Source: Nemertoderma westbladi
Taxonomy: Eukaryota > Animalia > Xenacoelomorpha
DNA: 35,309 nucleotides
Assembly: GCA_032718475.1 (NCBI GenBank)
Contig: JAUCBJ010000726.1
Location: 1-35,309 of the forward strand
Direction of reading: 5' to 3'
A program made the translations under genes and the position numbers. Under the pieces are notes generated by a model. That model was given only the letters and a program-made list of their open reading frames with translations, made no database searches and was not told the origin of the DNA. Of the stretch, positions 33,111 through 35,309 are shown one piece after another; position 1 is the stretch's first letter; every line of letters starts with the position of its first letter.

Positions 33111-33466
33111 CCACAACCCCGTGTATATACAACACACCGGTTGTAAAATTGTAGCTGAACGATATATTATCTAATTGTGTTCCAGATCTAGGCCTACTTA
33201 AGTAATCACAGGACCAATTCTTCATAAAACTTGCAATATTGAAAATTGGCTTTCGCGGTTTAACTGGGCGTTTGACCTTTTCGACCATGTTTTCCTTGTG
33301 TTTTACTATAAGCGCAACCTGACACTCGATTTGGGGGTAGGAACCCTTGGGACTCCTACTCCGTATGCAATTTATTGTTTCAAACAAAAAAGACATTAGT
33401 GGCGAAGAAGATTGGTTTTTTATTGGCTCATTGGGATGAGAGAAAAAATCGTATTCAAGTACCAAC

Positions 33467-34345
33467 CTGTAGACAGGGATCCGATTGGTTAAGGAGCTTC
33501 ATCCCTTGCACTAGGCGAGGCATATCCGACGCTCTCATTGGTTCAATAGCCACCCTGAGTATTGGAGCTGAGCCGGTATTATCCAATGAACGGAAACTCG
33601 GACAAGCCAAACTGCTACTCAAGGTGCAACTCTTCAGCACCAGATCGCCCAACCCGCCGATACCAAATATATTACCAGCGGGGACACTCGCCACCAGAAC
33701 CAACTCCTTACCCATCAGTATGTAGAGGTCATCGACCTCGATCTCGTCTACGTGTTTCAGACGGGGTGGGTCAACCGTGACGTCATCACTCGACTTCGGT
33801 GAATGTTTGTTATGAAGTACGTAAATTTTTTGTCCTTTTCGAATTGTCCCGGAGAAAACTCGCCCGAAACCAATAAACACCGTGTCACTTTCACTTTCCT
33901 CTAGTTTAATTGGTTCACCTTCTTTATTAATTGGAGGGTGATTTAAATTACTGTGATTTTCACTCGAGTTTAAACTTTCTCCCTTCCGTCGTCTCAACTC
34001 CTCCCTCAGCCTCGCCAACTCCTCCGGTCCCAACCGTACTTTCTGGTTGCCAGGTAACGACTGCCTGTCCACCGACACCAGTTTTGCGATAAAGGCGACC
34101 ACAGGGGTGTTGAGTCCCGCATTGGAAGTTTTCAGAAAGTCCGCTAGTTGGCGAGTTTCACAACCGTATTGATCGAGTCGTTGATTCCGGTTGCATAGCA
34201 ACCGTTCTATCCGCCCCTCGCTTAACTCCAGTGGGGACGGAAGTTTTCGGCAGACCATGGAGAGTATAGAGTTACTAAGAGGGAGCCACTGACCTAATAA
34301 CGCTCGAATGTGGCCTTGAGTATCTGACGGCCTTCCTTCCCTTTC
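33467..34345 (-). CDS. EFL1: EFL1 internal exon (end of G domain, domain II with EFL1-specific insert, start of domain III), 293 codons, phase 0/0
   Basis: QWLPLSNSILSMVCRKLPSP, FIGFGRVFSGTIRKGQKIYVL, LYILMGKEL..VPAGNIFGIGGL, PILRVAIEP..LVQGMKLLNQSDPC; acceptor TTTTCTTTCAG| at 34346, donor CAG|GTTGGT at 33466. Confidence 0.95.
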
Positions 34346-34889
34346 CTGAAAGAAAAACAGTAAATAATATACAAACATACAGTAGTAAATCAATTTGATC
34401 TTTTTATGTATGTAGCACGTAAAAAAAACCCTAGCTGGGGAGGGGGGGGGGGGGGGTGGGCATTACTAGAGGACAACATATCACATACTTATTATTGCCT
34501 TTAATAACATAACACTTAACAACTGTACAGTGTGTACACAATGTGGGGGCCTTCGAGCAGCACGTTACATTAATATATGTAAAGTGTGAGCTCTAAATAA
34601 TTATAACCAAAAACTACTCAGATTTCTCCTAATCACTCTTACTCCCTAGTGGCAAACTGGGCCACTCAGTCGGTTTAAGACCTCAAAAAACCCGTATCAA
34701 TCATCAAAAAACAACGTACACATCAATCATGAAGAAAAGATTATAAACTATAATACGAAAGGGATTTCACTTTCATACATTTAGCCCTCTATCGGGGGAC
34801 TGTAGAGCTGCAGACCGATCACCTTCGTCACTAAGACACAGCATTTACTCTAATTGATACGCCATAATTCAGTTTAATTGTATTGAAAT

Positions 34890-35309
34890 TAGTGTTTAAA
34901 CGGGATCCCGACCCCGATCCCGAAAAATCGGGATCTCGGTGAAAAATGCAAACCCGGTCCCGATCTCGAATTTTTTTGGAGCGGGATCCCGATGTATATA
35001 AATAGTAAAATAAATTTCTAGAATATCCGATGAATATAGCCAGCTTACACCAGGACAGAACTGTAATGACCATATTGAATTGTCGGATTACTGGCAGTTG
35101 TGTCAGTAAACCATCCATTAAATAACTATAAATAAATTTAATATAATTTTATCTCACTAATACTTCAGCAGTGTGAAATAAAGTGATCGAATTTTGCCAA
35201 TAACCCATTTTATACTAACACAGCAATATATACTGAAAACTTTAAGACATTTTTATTCAAAACTACAATCCCGATCCCTAAAATCGGGATCCCGAGAATG
35301 ATAATTCCG
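34890..35309. mobile_element. Possible hAT-like non-autonomous element with subterminal GGGATCCCG motifs
   Basis: Starts TAGTGTTTAAACGGGATCCCG; clusters of CGGGATCCCG/CCGATCCC at 34901-34992 and 35270-35294; the far end is not visible. Confidence 0.4.

Noticed and set aside
30071-33465. Small ORFs at 30071, 30334, 30696, 30931, 32350 and 32932
   Set aside because: AT-rich or repeat-derived frames with no domain features.
12969-34393. ORF-track boundaries of the three EFL1 ORFs as standalone genes
   Set aside because: Their ends run into introns; splice sites give in-phase exons of a single gene.

Overview
AT-rich, transposon-dense metazoan (probably invertebrate) genomic DNA. Three internal coding exons of the ribosome-maturation GTPase EFL1 (EFTUD1/Ria1) lie on the minus strand at 33467-34345, 18094-18318 and 13014-13700; the first and last exons are not visible in the window. 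Everything else sits in EFL1 introns. There are two intronless nested enzyme genes: a cytosolic sulfotransferase on + and a GT31 beta-1,3-glycosyltransferase on -. There is also a gag-deleted BEL/Pao LTR retrotransposon in a tandem LTR-internal-LTR-internal arrangement, plus RTE-like and CR1/L2-like LINE fragments, MITEs, HINE-like elements (one forming a perfect 151-bp-arm palindrome), minisatellites and a tRNA-like module inside nested inverted repeats. The most unusual object is a second, apparently intact BEL/Pao element (1 to about 9246, minus, running off the left edge). Its Gag is split into a 633-aa coiled-coil ORF and a separate capsid-NC-protease-RT ORF by a hairpin-rich spacer. Its sense strand carries about 15 GGTAAG (U1/5'-splice-site) motifs in 5 kb, and its roughly 2.8-kb leader has a 1.27-kb AUG-free, TTAGG-rich stretch. 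All family calls come from motif recognition by eye; no database searches were run.
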